Of a DNA stretch of 64,000 nt, positions 30,714 to 41,279 are shown piece by piece. This stretch comes from Candidatus Bathyarchaeota archaeon. Lineage in GTDB: Archaea > Thermoproteota > Bathyarchaeia > Bathyarchaeales > Bathycorpusculaceae. Position numbers and translations under genes: made by a program. Location of the stretch: contig CAVYRJ010000009.1 in assembly GCA_963770935.1 (NCBI GenBank), positions 128,001 through 192,000 of the forward strand. Direction: 5' to 3'. Position 1 is the stretch's first letter; each line of letters starts with the position of its first letter. A model generated the notes under the pieces. The model saw nothing but the letters and a program-made list of their open reading frames with translations. It had not been told where the DNA came from and did no database searches.

Positions 30714-31757
30714 TTAGGACTCCGGGTTATTATTTAGCAGTCGGTTTGCTAACTTATGTCTTATGTCTAAGAGGTCTCTTAAAACTGCGCTGGCAGTCTC
30801 TACGCCACCTGCACCTCTGCCGACAAGGGTTTGTTCACCTGCAAATTCGGTAGAAAAGGTTACAGCGTTTAAAACTCCGCTGACGCACAACGGGTTGGTT
30901 TTCGGTATTTCCGTTGGCTTCACGGTTGTTCTGTCGCCATCTATTGCGCCGATAAGTTTGATTGTGTTGCCCCTCTTTGAAGCTTCATCAAGCGCTTGCA
31001 AAGAGACATCACGAATGCCTGTTCTATCTACGTCTTTTAGGGTTATTTTTTTGTTCAATATCCAGTTCGCCAAAATGACCACTTTGCAGGCGGTATCAAA
31101 CCCGTCAATATCCATAGATGGCTCTCTCTCGGCGTAACCGAGCTTCTGCGCATTTGACAGGGCTTCTTGGAAAGTCACTCGGTTTTGAGACATTTCAGTT
31201 AGTATATAGTTAGTTGTACCGTTTAGTATGCCTTGTATGGCAAGGATTCTGTCTCCTGCAAGGCACCGTTTGGCGAACTCAAGCATAGGGGTTCCGCCGC
31301 CGACTGTGCCGCTGAACCTTAGGTAAACGTTGTTGTACTCGGCGAGTTCGGTGAGTGCTGGCATGGCTAAGGCTAAGGGTCCTTTGTTTGTGGTGACCAC
31401 GTGTTTGCCTGTTTTGAAGGCTTTAGTGATGTGTGAAAGGGCTGGTTCACCGTTTTTGATGTTAACAGGCGTGACTTCAACAACCACTTCTGCTTCAACA
31501 GACTCAATAACATCTAGCGCTGTCATTCTTGGGTGCCCAAAATCCGGGTCTGCGGATATTGGATAACCTCGTTGCTTAATGGCTTCTAGTTTTTCCGTGC
31601 TTAGACCTCTTGGATCTATTACTGCGCCGTCAATGTCGGCGATGGCAACGATTTTTGGGTTAAACCCGTAATCCTTAACCTTTTCGACATATCTTCGTGC
31701 AAGAATGGTAGTTACGCCCTTCCCGACCACGCCATAGCCAACTAAGATTATCCTCAT
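30714..31757 (-). CDS. hom: Homoserine dehydrogenase
   Basis: GYGVVG, TTNKGP, GTVGGGTP, GILNGTTNYIL, GRGAGGVETASAV. Confidence 0.95.
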   Translation of the reverse strand: MRIILVGYGVVGKGVTTILARRYVEKVKDYGFNPKIVAIADIDGAVIDPRGLSTEKLEAIKQRGYPISADPDFGHPRMTALDVIESVEAEVVVEVTPVNIKNGEPALSHITKAFKTGKHVVTTNKGPLALAMPALTELAEYNNVYLRFSGTVGGGTPMLEFAKRCLAGDRILAIQGILNGTTNYILTEMSQNRVTFQEALSNAQKLGYAEREPSMDIDGFDTACKVVILANWILNKKITLKDVDRTGIRDVSLQALDEASKRGNTIKLIGAIDGDRTTVKPTEIPKTNPLCVSGVLNAVTFSTEFAGEQTLVGRGAGGVETASAVLRDLLDIRHKLANRLLNNNPES

Positions 31758-31765
31758 GTTCTATT

Positions 31766-33016
31766 TCACCGTGCTAGGATTGCCGCTCTCTCTTTTAAGC
31801 CTAAAGCATTTTCGATGGCTGAAATGTCGGCGTCAACTTCGATGGGTTTCTCACTCATCTTAACCGCCGTATCAGGGTCTTTTAGTCCATGTCCCGTGGT
31901 AACGCAAACAACCCGCTCGTCCTTGCCTATCACGCCATTTTGGACGAGTTTCTTTAAGCCAGCGATGGATGAAGCACTTGCAGGCTCCACAAATATGCCT
32001 TCGATTCGGGCAAGGATTTTTTGCGCATCCAAGATTTCCTCATCAGTCACCGTTTCTGCGGTTCCATATGATTCGTGGATGGCGTTGACGGCTTTCTTCC
32101 AACTCACAGGCGCGCCAATTCTGATGGCAGTGGCAACTGTTTCAGGATGCTCAACAGGAATAATTTTTTCGCTGTTGGTTTTGATTGCTTGGGCGATTGG
32201 TGCGGAGCCCGCGGCTTGTATCCCAGTCATTTTGGGCAGTTTTTTGATGTAGCCGAGTTTGTGGAATTCCGTTAAGCCTTTCCAGATGGCGCTTATGTTT
32301 CCCGCATTGCCCACAGGGACGATGATGCGGTCGGGTGCGTCATTGTTTAGTTGCTCACAAATTTCGTAACCCAGCGATTTTTGACCTTCAATTCTGAATG
32401 GGTTAATTGAGTTTAAAAGGTAAATGCTCTTGTGTTTTTCGGCAAGTTTTAGCACAAACTCTAAGGCTTCATCAAAATTTCCTTTAACTTGGAGCACTTT
32501 GGCACCGTGAATCATAGCTTGGGAGAGTTTTCCGTAAGCGATTTTGCCTGAGGGGATGAGTACGGTGCATTTTATTCCTGCTCTTGCAGCGTAAGCGGCT
32601 AGGCTTGCGGAGGTGTTGCCTGTTGACGCACAGATAACGTGTCTTGCACCCAGCTCCATGGCTTTGGTTACACCGACTGTCATTCCTCTATCTTTGAAGC
32701 TGCCTGTGGGGTTTTCGCCTTCGTTTTTGACGTAGAGTTTTTTGAGACCCAACTCTGCGCCTAAACGTTCAGAGCGGTGCAGACCTGTGCCGCCTTCGTT
32801 AAGCGTGACTACTTTGGTGGATTCATGGATAGGCATGAAGTCGCGGTAACGCCAAACCGAGAGTGGCTTGTTCATCCAGCAGCTTTCTTTGAGCGTTTCA
32901 ATTAACTCTTTGAAGTCATATTTTATCTCAAGGATGTCTCCGCATTTTTTGCAGAAGTAAACAATCTCATCTATGCCGTATGTTGTTTTGCAGTTTATGC
33001 ATTCTTGATGTGTCAT
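31766..33016 (-). CDS. thrC: Threonine synthase
   Basis: NPTGSFKDRG, ASTGNTSAS, VPVGNAGN, EPASA, TGHGLKD, N-terminal CxxC..CxxC; ATG at 33016. Confidence 0.95.
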   Translation of the reverse strand: MTHQECINCKTTYGIDEIVYFCKKCGDILEIKYDFKELIETLKESCWMNKPLSVWRYRDFMPIHESTKVVTLNEGGTGLHRSERLGAELGLKKLYVKNEGENPTGSFKDRGMTVGVTKAMELGARHVICASTGNTSASLAAYAARAGIKCTVLIPSGKIAYGKLSQAMIHGAKVLQVKGNFDEALEFVLKLAEKHKSIYLLNSINPFRIEGQKSLGYEICEQLNNDAPDRIIVPVGNAGNISAIWKGLTEFHKLGYIKKLPKMTGIQAAGSAPIAQAIKTNSEKIIPVEHPETVATAIRIGAPVSWKKAVNAIHESYGTAETVTDEEILDAQKILARIEGIFVEPASASSIAGLKKLVQNGVIGKDERVVCVTTGHGLKDPDTAVKMSEKPIEVDADISAIENALGLKERAAILAR

Positions 33017-33107
33017 CTTTTTCCTTCTCCACTTTGGCAAAGCCCTTTCAGATTATCACGAAATACTGATTGTGGCATTATTAATTTTACTGCTGTGTTG
33101 CAGTCTG

Positions 33108-33686
33108 TTAGCCCACCAAGTTCGATAAAACCTCATACGTTTTGAGGCTGTCTTTTTTCTCAACCACCATAATAGTTTCTGTCCAGCATGAAATGAACTC
33201 GACAATGTTCACATTCTGCTCCGCAAGCAAGGTTGCTAAAAACGCGACAACTCCCGGCGTTGCCTCAAGTTCCTCGGGCGAATGCACAACAATCATGGTA
33301 CAATTATCATGTTTAACTAGTGTGGTTAAGCGTTCAGGCAACTCGCTTCGGTCAAGCAAGTAGACGAATTTTCCCAGCAAATCTACCTTCATTCCCGATT
33401 GTGAGGGCAACTCTTTTGCGGTTATTATGACGGATTTTCGGTCGTAAACAGCTATGTTGCTGCGCTTTAGCAGTTGAAGTACTTTTTCTTCTCTTTTCTG
33501 TTTGTGTTTTTGCAGTTCTTCTGAATAGCGGCGCAGGGCGGCTTTTATAGCGCTTGTGTCGTCGGTTTTTAGTTCTTTTTGGATTTGCCGCGAAAGCTCG
33601 CTTAGGTTGACTATGCCTTTTTCTAGGGCTTCCAGTAGGTAGGGTTTGTTTCGCAGGTGGCTTCTCACGTTTTGAGCGATAGTCAT
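33108..33686 (-). CDS. ACT-domain protein with helical (HTH-like) N-terminus; putative amino-acid metabolism regulator
   Basis: GIVNLSELSRQI...AIKAALRRY N-terminus; TPGVVAFLATLLAEQNVNIVEFISCWTE ACT domain; first gene of the thrC-hom-lysC run. Confidence 0.75.
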   Translation of the reverse strand: MTIAQNVRSHLRNKPYLLEALEKGIVNLSELSRQIQKELKTDDTSAIKAALRRYSEELQKHKQKREEKVLQLLKRSNIAVYDRKSVIITAKELPSQSGMKVDLLGKFVYLLDRSELPERLTTLVKHDNCTMIVVHSPEELEATPGVVAFLATLLAEQNVNIVEFISCWTETIMVVEKKDSLKTYEVLSNLVG

Positions 33687-33723
33687 AGTGGTCTCTCTGT
33701 GTATCAAATGGGACATTTAAAGC

Positions 33724-33737
33724 TTGTTAAGTAACAA
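33724..33737. promoter_or_regulatory. Palindrome TTGTTA-AG-TAACAA between two divergent TATA-like boxes
   Basis: Seen directly; TTTAAA boxes at about 33716 and 33751. Confidence 0.4.
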
Positions 33738-33797
33738 AAAAGTCACAAGGTTTAAAAATATAGCCCTCAAGGTAAGGGAAACAATTTAAAACAAAAA

Positions 33798-35032
33798 ATG
33801 GGGGAGCAAACACATAACCGATAAATTTGTTTTAGCTTATTCAGGCGGATTAGACACATCCGTGTTAATCAAGTACCTCCAAGAAAAATGCAACGCACAA
33901 GTAATAACAGTAACCGTAGACGTTGGTCAACAAGAAGACATCAAAGCAGCTGAGGAAAAAGCCAAAAAACTCGGCGTCCTCAAACATTTCTCCATCGACG
34001 CCAAAGAAGAGTTTGCCAAAGACTACATTTTCCCAGCCATCAAAGCCAACGCCCTCTACGAAGGCAAATACCCAATCAGCACAAGCCTCTCCCGACCCCT
34101 AATCGCCAAAAAGATGGTTGAAATCGCCGAAAAAGAAGGCGCAACAGGCTTAGTGCATGGCTGTACGGGCAGAGGCAACGACCAAGTACGCTTTGACATA
34201 ACCCTTGGCGCATTGGCACCAGACATGAAAATTATCGCTCCCATCCGAGAGTGGGGCTTGACACGCGACGAAGAAATCGCCTACGCCAAAACCAAAGGCA
34301 TCCCCGTCTCTGACTCAGCCAAAAAATATAGTATAGACGCCAGCGTCTGGGGCCGCGCCATTGAATGTGGTTTGCTCGAAGATGCTAGTCAAGCGCCTCC
34401 AGACGACGCTTATGAATGGACCGTTGCACCTGAAAAAGCCCCAGACAAGGCAGAGATAGTTACTATTCAGTTTGAAGCCGGAGTCCCAGTTGCTGTAAAC
34501 GGCAAAAAAATGGTGCCGCTCGCTCTCGTTGAAGAAGTCAACAAAATTGCAGGAAGAAATGGTGTCGGTCGTATTGACCACATCGAAGACCGCATAGTTG
34601 GCCTGAAATCACGCGAAGTCTACGAGTGCCCCGCGGCAACAGTAATTTTGGAAGCGCACAAAGACCTCGAAAAAATGGTCATGACACGCCACGAAGTCCT
34701 CTTCAAACAACAAGTCGACGCCCAATGGGTATTCCTAGCCTACGCTGGCCTCTGGGTTGATCCTCTAAAAGATGACTTAGACGCATTCATCAACAAGTCC
34801 CAAGAAAACGTCGCTGGCGAAGTCAAACTCAAACTCTACAAAGGCAGCCTCAATAGTCATCGGACGCAGCTCGACCATGTCGCTCTACGACAAAAACTTA
34901 GCCAACTACAACATTAAAACTAGCTTCAACCAATCCTACAGCAAAGGTTTCATCGAACTCTGGGGACTCCAAACACGAATGTACAACTCTCTAAAGAAGG
35001 CAAACAAAAAACCGAAGGCAAAGAAAAACTAA
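33798..35032 (+). CDS. argG: Argininosuccinate synthase; +1 frameshift near 34851, and either a +1 G near 33801 or an ATA start at 33814
   Basis: FVLAYSGGLDTS, HGCTGRGNDQVRF, GLKSREVYECP. The shifted C-terminus reads IVIGRSSTMSLYDKNLANY...GFIELWGL to TAA at 35032. Confidence 0.93.
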
Positions 35033-35083
35033 TTTTTCTTAACAAAAAACACACTGGCAGGAGGGCAAGGAAAAACGTCGAAA

Positions 35084-36586
35084 ATGTTGCATGGAGGAAG
35101 ACTGGGCAGTGTACGCGAAGACGTTGCCAAATTCACCTCTTCACGAAAGGATGATGTTCGCTTAGCAGACGCTGTTTTGGCAATCAACAAGGCACATGTC
35201 GTTATGCTTATGGAGCAGAAAATCATTCAATGGCAAGACGGCGCAAAAATCCTCTCAGCTCTCCAAAAACAAAACAGCAAAAAACTCGATCCCAACGCCG
35301 AAGACGTCCACATGGCAGTTGAAGAAGCAGTTTTAGCTGAGACTGGTCCTGAAGTTGGCGGAAACCTGCACATCGCAAAGAGCAGAAACGACCAAGTTAC
35401 AACAGCCATCCGCATAACGTTGCGAAATGAACTGATCAGAATAATGCAGCTTACAATCGACATGCAGCAGAGTCTTCTGGAAACCGCCAGCAAACACACC
35501 AAAACAATCATTTTGGCGTACACTCACATGCAAGCAGCCCAACCGGTAACCTTTGCCCACTACCTACTCTCACACGTGGACGCTTTGGGCAGAGATTTGG
35601 AGCGTTTGCAAGCCGCTTACAAACACGTTAACCTGTGCCCTCTAGGTGCAGGTGCATTAGCGACAACAAGTTTCGCGATAGACCGCAAAAAAACTGTTCA
35701 ACTTCTCGGATTCGACGATCTTTTAGAGAACTCCATAGACGCCGTGGGAAGCCGTGATTTTATCTTGGAAACCCAGTCAGCTCTTGCGCTGCTTGCCGTG
35801 AACCTTAGCCGGTTAGCTGAAGACCTCATTATCTGGAGTTCAGCCGAGTTCGGTACCGTTGAGTTACCCGACGAATTCACATCCACCAGTAGCATAATGC
35901 CGCAGAAGAAAAACCCAGAGGTCCTTGAGATTATTCGGGCAAGAGCAAGCTATGCACTTGGCGATTTTGTAGCTTCAGCTGCTGCTATGAAAAGCCTGCC
36001 CACAACCTACAACCTTGACTTCCAAGAAATAACACCCAAGCTTTGGGCATCAACCGATAACCTTTCCAGTTCACTTAGCATATTTGCAAAGCTCATCCCT
36101 AACTTGAAAGTTTCAGGGAACGTTGAAGGCAAAGCAGCGGCAGGCTTCGTGGGTGCAACTGAGCTTGCTAACATGCTCGTGCGAAAATACGGTGTTGCTT
36201 TCCGAACCTCCCACAAGATAGTAGGTGCATTAGTAAAGGCACTGATTGATTCAAAGCAGACTTTACTCAATGCCACGCCCGAGTTGCTCCAGAATGTTGC
36301 CAAGGAAGCTGCTGGCGTCAAATTAACGGTTAAGAAAGAAGATATTGTTGAATGCACAAATCCCCGCAAACTAATCGAAAGCTATAAAGTACAAGGCGGT
36401 CCTTCACCCGCAGAGGTCGACAGAGCAATCAAATCTAAAAACAAAACCCTAACACAAACAAAAACAGACATCGAAAAACTCCAAGAAAACCTCGCAAACG
36501 CAGAAAAAACCCTCGACTCAATCGTGGAAACTTACTCTAAATCAGACTCTTCCAAAAACGGAAGACTTAAAAATCCAAAGTTATAG
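35084..36586 (+). CDS. argH: Argininosuccinate lyase
   Basis: SRNDQV, YTHMQAAQP, TSSIMPQKKNP, YNLDFQE. Confidence 0.95.
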   Translation: MLHGGRLGSVREDVAKFTSSRKDDVRLADAVLAINKAHVVMLMEQKIIQWQDGAKILSALQKQNSKKLDPNAEDVHMAVEEAVLAETGPEVGGNLHIAKSRNDQVTTAIRITLRNELIRIMQLTIDMQQSLLETASKHTKTIILAYTHMQAAQPVTFAHYLLSHVDALGRDLERLQAAYKHVNLCPLGAGALATTSFAIDRKKTVQLLGFDDLLENSIDAVGSRDFILETQSALALLAVNLSRLAEDLIIWSSAEFGTVELPDEFTSTSSIMPQKKNPEVLEIIRARASYALGDFVASAAAMKSLPTTYNLDFQEITPKLWASTDNLSSSLSIFAKLIPNLKVSGNVEGKAAAGFVGATELANMLVRKYGVAFRTSHKIVGALVKALIDSKQTLLNATPELLQNVAKEAAGVKLTVKKEDIVECTNPRKLIESYKVQGGPSPAEVDRAIKSKNKTLTQTKTDIEKLQENLANAEKTLDSIVETYSKSDSSKNGRLKNPKL

Positions 36587-36587
36587 G

Positions 36588-37742
36588 TTGAATAGGGCTT
36601 TGGTCCCACAAAATAGTACATCCAAAAATAAAAAAGCAATACTGCTTCTTGAAGACGGAACGTCATTTATCGGCAAAGGCTTTGGTGCAACAGGAAAAAT
36701 CTCTGGCGAAGTTGTTTTTTCAACCCAGATGGTTGGTTACCCCGAAGCACTCACTGACCCGTCGTATAAGGGGCAAGTTCTCACATTCACTTATCCCATG
36801 GTAGGAAACTATGGCGTGCCATCCAACGAACTAAACCTCGGATTACCGCTATACTTCGAATCCGACCATATTCAACCTCAAGGTTTAATCATTCATGAAC
36901 TCTGTCAGGACCCCTTCCACTGGGCATCCACACGCACCCTGGACAAGTGGCTCGCAGACGAGGGCGTCCCGGGCATCTACAGTGTAGACACAAGACGCTT
37001 AACAAAAAAACTGCGAACTCACGGTGTCATGTTAGGCATCCTGCAAGTTTTCGAGGAAGGTATCGAACCAGACTTGGATGGATTACTGAAAAACGGCAGG
37101 AACATCGCTGACCCCAACCTGACCGATTTGGTCAAAGAAGTTTCAGTTAAAAAACCTGTAACGTACAATGTGGACGGCAAAAAAACCGTTGTCCTAATTG
37201 ATTGCGGAGTAAAATACAGTATTATCCGCAATCTACTCAAAAGAGGCATAAATGTCGTTCGCGTGCCCTATGACACCTCAGCCAGCGAAGTCTTAGATTA
37301 CAACCCTGACGGCGTATTCTTGAGCAACGGTCCGGGCGACCCTAAAAAATGCGTCAAAACAATTGAGGCAATCCGCGAGTTATCTGAGAAAGTTCCTCTT
37401 ATGGGCATCTGCCTTGGCGCCCAAATCCTTTCGTTAGCATTGGGCGGCGACACTTACAAACTCAAGTTCGGTCACCGCGCCCAAAACCAACCGGCTCTTG
37501 ACCTAAACAACAACCGCTGCTACATTACTACACAGAATCACGGTTACGCCATAAACATGGATTCCCTAAAGACCACGCCGCTTGAACCTTGGTTCATTAA
37601 CCCCAATGATAAAACAACCGAAGGCATTCGCCACAAAAACAAACCCGTCTTCGCCGTACAGTGGCATCCAGAAGCTTCACCGGGACCATACGATACCGAG
37701 TTGTTGTTTGACAAATTCGCTAAAACCTTGGAGGCGCCTTAA
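36588..37742 (+). CDS. carA: Carbamoyl-phosphate synthase small subunit
   Basis: LTDPSYKGQ, LSNGPGDP, GICLGAQ, QNHGY, QWHPEASPGP. Confidence 0.96.
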   Translation: MNRALVPQNSTSKNKKAILLLEDGTSFIGKGFGATGKISGEVVFSTQMVGYPEALTDPSYKGQVLTFTYPMVGNYGVPSNELNLGLPLYFESDHIQPQGLIIHELCQDPFHWASTRTLDKWLADEGVPGIYSVDTRRLTKKLRTHGVMLGILQVFEEGIEPDLDGLLKNGRNIADPNLTDLVKEVSVKKPVTYNVDGKKTVVLIDCGVKYSIIRNLLKRGINVVRVPYDTSASEVLDYNPDGVFLSNGPGDPKKCVKTIEAIRELSEKVPLMGICLGAQILSLALGGDTYKLKFGHRAQNQPALDLNNNRCYITTQNHGYAINMDSLKTTPLEPWFINPNDKTTEGIRHKNKPVFAVQWHPEASPGPYDTELLFDKFAKTLEAP

Positions 37743-37744
37743 GC

Positions 37745-40700
37745 CTGCCCAAGTTTGACTGGATAAAGAAAGTTCTAGTTCTCGGCAGCGGCGCCATTAA
37801 AATCGGTGAAGCAGCAGAATTCGACTACAGCGGTAGTCAATGTCTCAAAGCCTTACGCGAAGAAGGCATAGAAACCGTCCTGATTAATCCAAATATCGCC
37901 ACCATCCAAACTGATCCTCGTCTCTCAGGTAAAGTGTATCTTCTCCCAGTCACACCCGAGTTTGTAGAGAAAGTCATAGCGAAAGAACGCCCTGACGGCA
38001 TCCTTTTGGGGTTTGGTGGACAAACCGCCCTTAACTGCGGCTTAGAACTTGAAAAAACAGGTATTCTGCAAAAGTACAATGTTAAAGTTTTAGGTACACC
38101 CGTCCAAGCTATAGAAGACACAGGCGACCGCGAACGCTTCCGTCAAGCCATGCAGAAAGCAGGTGTTCCATATTTAAAAAGTCGAGCTGCCACCAGTGCA
38201 AAACAGGCAATGGAGATTGCCGACGAAATAGGTTACCCAGTGATGGTTCGTGTAGCTTACACCTTGGGTGGTAAAGGCGCAGGCGTTGCTCACAACATCA
38301 AAGAACTCAAAGAAATTGTAACCATCGGTATCGCACAGAGCAGAATCAATCAGGTCCTCGTAGAAGAATACGTGGGGCACTGGAAAGAAGTCGAGTACGA
38401 AGTAATGCGAGACTACTCAGACAACTGCCTAACGGTCTGCAACATGGAAAACTTTGACCCCATGGGCATCCATACAGGCGACAGCATCGTTGTCGCACCT
38501 TCTCAGACCATGACTAACCGCGAATACCACCAGATCCGCTCAATATCCATAAACGCCATACGCAGCCTCGGCATCGTAGGCGAATGCAACATTCAATGGG
38601 CGCTTCATCCCACTTCTGAGGAGTGCCGCGTTATCGAAGTTAACTCCCGTATGTCACGCAGCTCCGCCTTGGCCAGCAAAGTCACTGGTTACCCACTTGC
38701 CTACATAGCAACAAAACTCACGTTAGGCTACACCCTGCCAGAATTGATCAATAAAGTCACCGAAGTCACAACCGCATGCTTCGAACCAGCACTCGACTAT
38801 ATCACCGTTAAAATCCCGCGTTGGGATTTGCAGAAATTCAAGAATGCCGACCGCCACGTTGGTCCACAGATGCGTTCTGTGGGAGAAGTTATGGCCATTG
38901 GTCGCTGCTTCGAAGAAGCCCTCCAGAAAGCCGTTCGAATGCTAGACATAGGCAAGATTGGACTAGTCTGCAACGCTGAAGATGCAGAACACGAATCTGA
39001 AGAACACCTCAGAGATGAGATGGCACACCCAACAGACGAACGCCTCTACAAAGTTGCCAAAGCTCTCAAAATTGGCATCCCAATAATGGAGATTTACCGC
39101 TTAAGCGGTGTTGATCCCTTCTTCCTCTATAAGATCCAAAACATCGTTGATATGGAAGCGAAGCTTCGCTGCCTAAACCTCGCTGAGGAATCGGCTGCAG
39201 AAACTATACGTGAAGCTAAACGCATTGGTTTCTCTGATGAACAAATCGCCGAGTGCCAAAACACCGATGAATTCACGATTAGAGCCTTCAGAAAGGGCGC
39301 CAACATAATTCCCGCAGTTAAGCAAATCGATACCTTAGCTGCAGAGTGGCCGGCAAAAACCAACTACCTCTACCTCACATACGGCGGAGACGAAGACGAC
39401 ATAGAACTCAGCAACAACCCAAGCAAAGTAATCGTATTAGGCGCAGGCGTGTTCCGTATTGGTTCCAGCGTTGAGTTCGACTGGTGCGGTGTTAATACTA
39501 TTTGGGCGCTCAAAAAGAATGGCATAGAAGAAGCCATCATGGTTAACTATAACCCCGAAACCGTCTCCACCGACTACGACGTCTCTGACAAACTTTACTT
39601 CGAAGAATTAACCATTGAACGCATCCTTGACATCTACGAAAAGGAGAATCCTTTAGGCGTTATAACAAGCGTGGGCGGGCAAATCCCCAACAACCTGTCT
39701 ATGACGCTTTCAAAATCAGGCGTAAAAATCCTCGGCACCTCAGCAGAAGACGTAGATTTAGCTGAAGACCGCTCAAAATTCAGCGCGCTGCTTGACCAAC
39801 TCGGAATTGGCCAGCCCAGCTGGAGCAAACTCACATCTATCGCAGACGCAAAACGCTTCGCCGAAAAAATCGGTTATCCCGTTATAGTGCGCCCAAGCTA
39901 TGTGCTTTCGGGTTCAGCCATGCGTGTTGCCTACAACGAGACATCTCTAGAGAACTTCCTTAACTTGGCAGCGAAAGTTGGACGCGACCACCCCGTTGTC
40001 ATCAGCAAATTCATTAATCGCGCCAAAGAAGTCGAAGTCGACGGCGTCTCCGACGGAGAAAACGTCTTCATCGGTGCCATAATGGAGCACGTGGAGAACG
40101 CGGGCGTTCACAGCGGCGACGCAACCATGACCATTCCACCTCAAGCCTTGAAGCTTGAGGTGCAGAAAAAAATCGAAGAATGCACAATCAGCATCGTTAA
40201 AGCCCTTAAAATCCACGGACCATACAACATTCAGTACTTAGTCAAAGACGATGTCGTCAACGTCATCGAATGCAACCTAAGAGCTTCCCGTTCTATGCCG
40301 TTTGTAAGCAAGACTCGGGGCATAAACATGATTGAACTTGCGACGTTAGCGATGCTGGGCAAAAAAATCGACGGCGTTAAACTCTCTCCAATGACTCTTG
40401 CTCCTCATGTCGGCGTTAAGGTTCCGCAGTTTAGCTTCATGCGTTTAAGTGGCGCCGACCCCGTGCTCGGAGTAGAAATGCTCAGCACTGGCGAAGTAGC
40501 GTGTTTGGGGGAAAACTTCTCTGACGCCTTCAGCAAAGCTTTGCAGTCGGCCGAATTTACAATTCCCCCAAAAGGCGGCAAGGTTTTCATCAGCGTGGGC
40601 GGCGACGAGGAACGCAAGAAGCGAGTTGTTCCAATTGCCCAGGCGCTCGCTGAGATGGGCTTTAAAATCTACGCGACCCAACACACAGCCGACGTACTCA

Positions 40701-41020
40701 ACGCTAACGACGTATCCGCCACCGTACTCTACAAGGTTAAAGACGCCCAAGTTAGCCCAAACATCATGGATTATCTGCAGGAGCGCAAAATCGATCTAGT
40801 CATCAACGTGCCAATGGCAAACCGACGATCAAGCATCTCCGACATCATAACCGACGGTTACATCATACGACGTCAAGCAGTAGAATTCAACGTCCCAGTT
40901 ATCACCAACCTGCAACTCGCAGCGGCACTAGTGGAAGTGCTAAAAACCAAGGGCAAAAACGGCAACTCCATCCGCAGCCTAAACGAGTACATGGAAGACT
41001 TACCCTGGAAAATGTGGTAG
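37745..41020 (+). CDS. carB: Carbamoyl-phosphate synthase large subunit (CTG start at 37745)
   Basis: In-frame 5' extension of the ORF gives (M)PKFDWIKKVLVLGSGAIKIGEAAEFDYSGSQ; two ATP-grasp halves plus MGS domain; GGAGG SD at 37730. Confidence 0.95.
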   Translation: MPKFDWIKKVLVLGSGAIKIGEAAEFDYSGSQCLKALREEGIETVLINPNIATIQTDPRLSGKVYLLPVTPEFVEKVIAKERPDGILLGFGGQTALNCGLELEKTGILQKYNVKVLGTPVQAIEDTGDRERFRQAMQKAGVPYLKSRAATSAKQAMEIADEIGYPVMVRVAYTLGGKGAGVAHNIKELKEIVTIGIAQSRINQVLVEEYVGHWKEVEYEVMRDYSDNCLTVCNMENFDPMGIHTGDSIVVAPSQTMTNREYHQIRSISINAIRSLGIVGECNIQWALHPTSEECRVIEVNSRMSRSSALASKVTGYPLAYIATKLTLGYTLPELINKVTEVTTACFEPALDYITVKIPRWDLQKFKNADRHVGPQMRSVGEVMAIGRCFEEALQKAVRMLDIGKIGLVCNAEDAEHESEEHLRDEMAHPTDERLYKVAKALKIGIPIMEIYRLSGVDPFFLYKIQNIVDMEAKLRCLNLAEESAAETIREAKRIGFSDEQIAECQNTDEFTIRAFRKGANIIPAVKQIDTLAAEWPAKTNYLYLTYGGDEDDIELSNNPSKVIVLGAGVFRIGSSVEFDWCGVNTIWALKKNGIEEAIMVNYNPETVSTDYDVSDKLYFEELTIERILDIYEKENPLGVITSVGGQIPNNLSMTLSKSGVKILGTSAEDVDLAEDRSKFSALLDQLGIGQPSWSKLTSIADAKRFAEKIGYPVIVRPSYVLSGSAMRVAYNETSLENFLNLAAKVGRDHPVVISKFINRAKEVEVDGVSDGENVFIGAIMEHVENAGVHSGDATMTIPPQALKLEVQKKIEECTISIVKALKIHGPYNIQYLVKDDVVNVIECNLRASRSMPFVSKTRGINMIELATLAMLGKKIDGVKLSPMTLAPHVGVKVPQFSFMRLSGADPVLGVEMLSTGEVACLGENFSDAFSKALQSAEFTIPPKGGKVFISVGGDEERKKRVVPIAQALAEMGFKIYATQHTADVLNANDVSATVLYKVKDAQVSPNIMDYLQERKIDLVINVPMANRRSSISDIITDGYIIRRQAVEFNVPVITNLQLAAALVEVLKTKGKNGNSIRSLNEYMEDLPWKMW

Positions 41021-41279
41021 CCTCTCGCTCTCTGTAGTGTCCTCCCCTTCTTTATGTTAAGCACTTATTTTCAACATGCTAATTACTAAAAACGTCAATA
41101 CGGACTTACCATTTTTTAGGGCTTTTACCTTCCTCTATCATTCCTGCAATAATCGGCATTAGACCCCAAAAATGCAGGTGAAGTCAGATGCCACTAAATC
41201 AGTCAGCTAAAACTCGTGTTTTTGCGCAAAAAATATATTCTTGCCTTGCCTTCTCGATTGAGCATCAAGGTAAGCTACT

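Noticed and set aside
33798-33816. ATA start codon for argG
   Set aside because: Possible (GGGGAG SD 7 nt upstream), but deleting one G from the run after ATG 33798 gives MGSKHITDKFVLAYSGG, matching the window-wide +1 error pattern. Unresolved.
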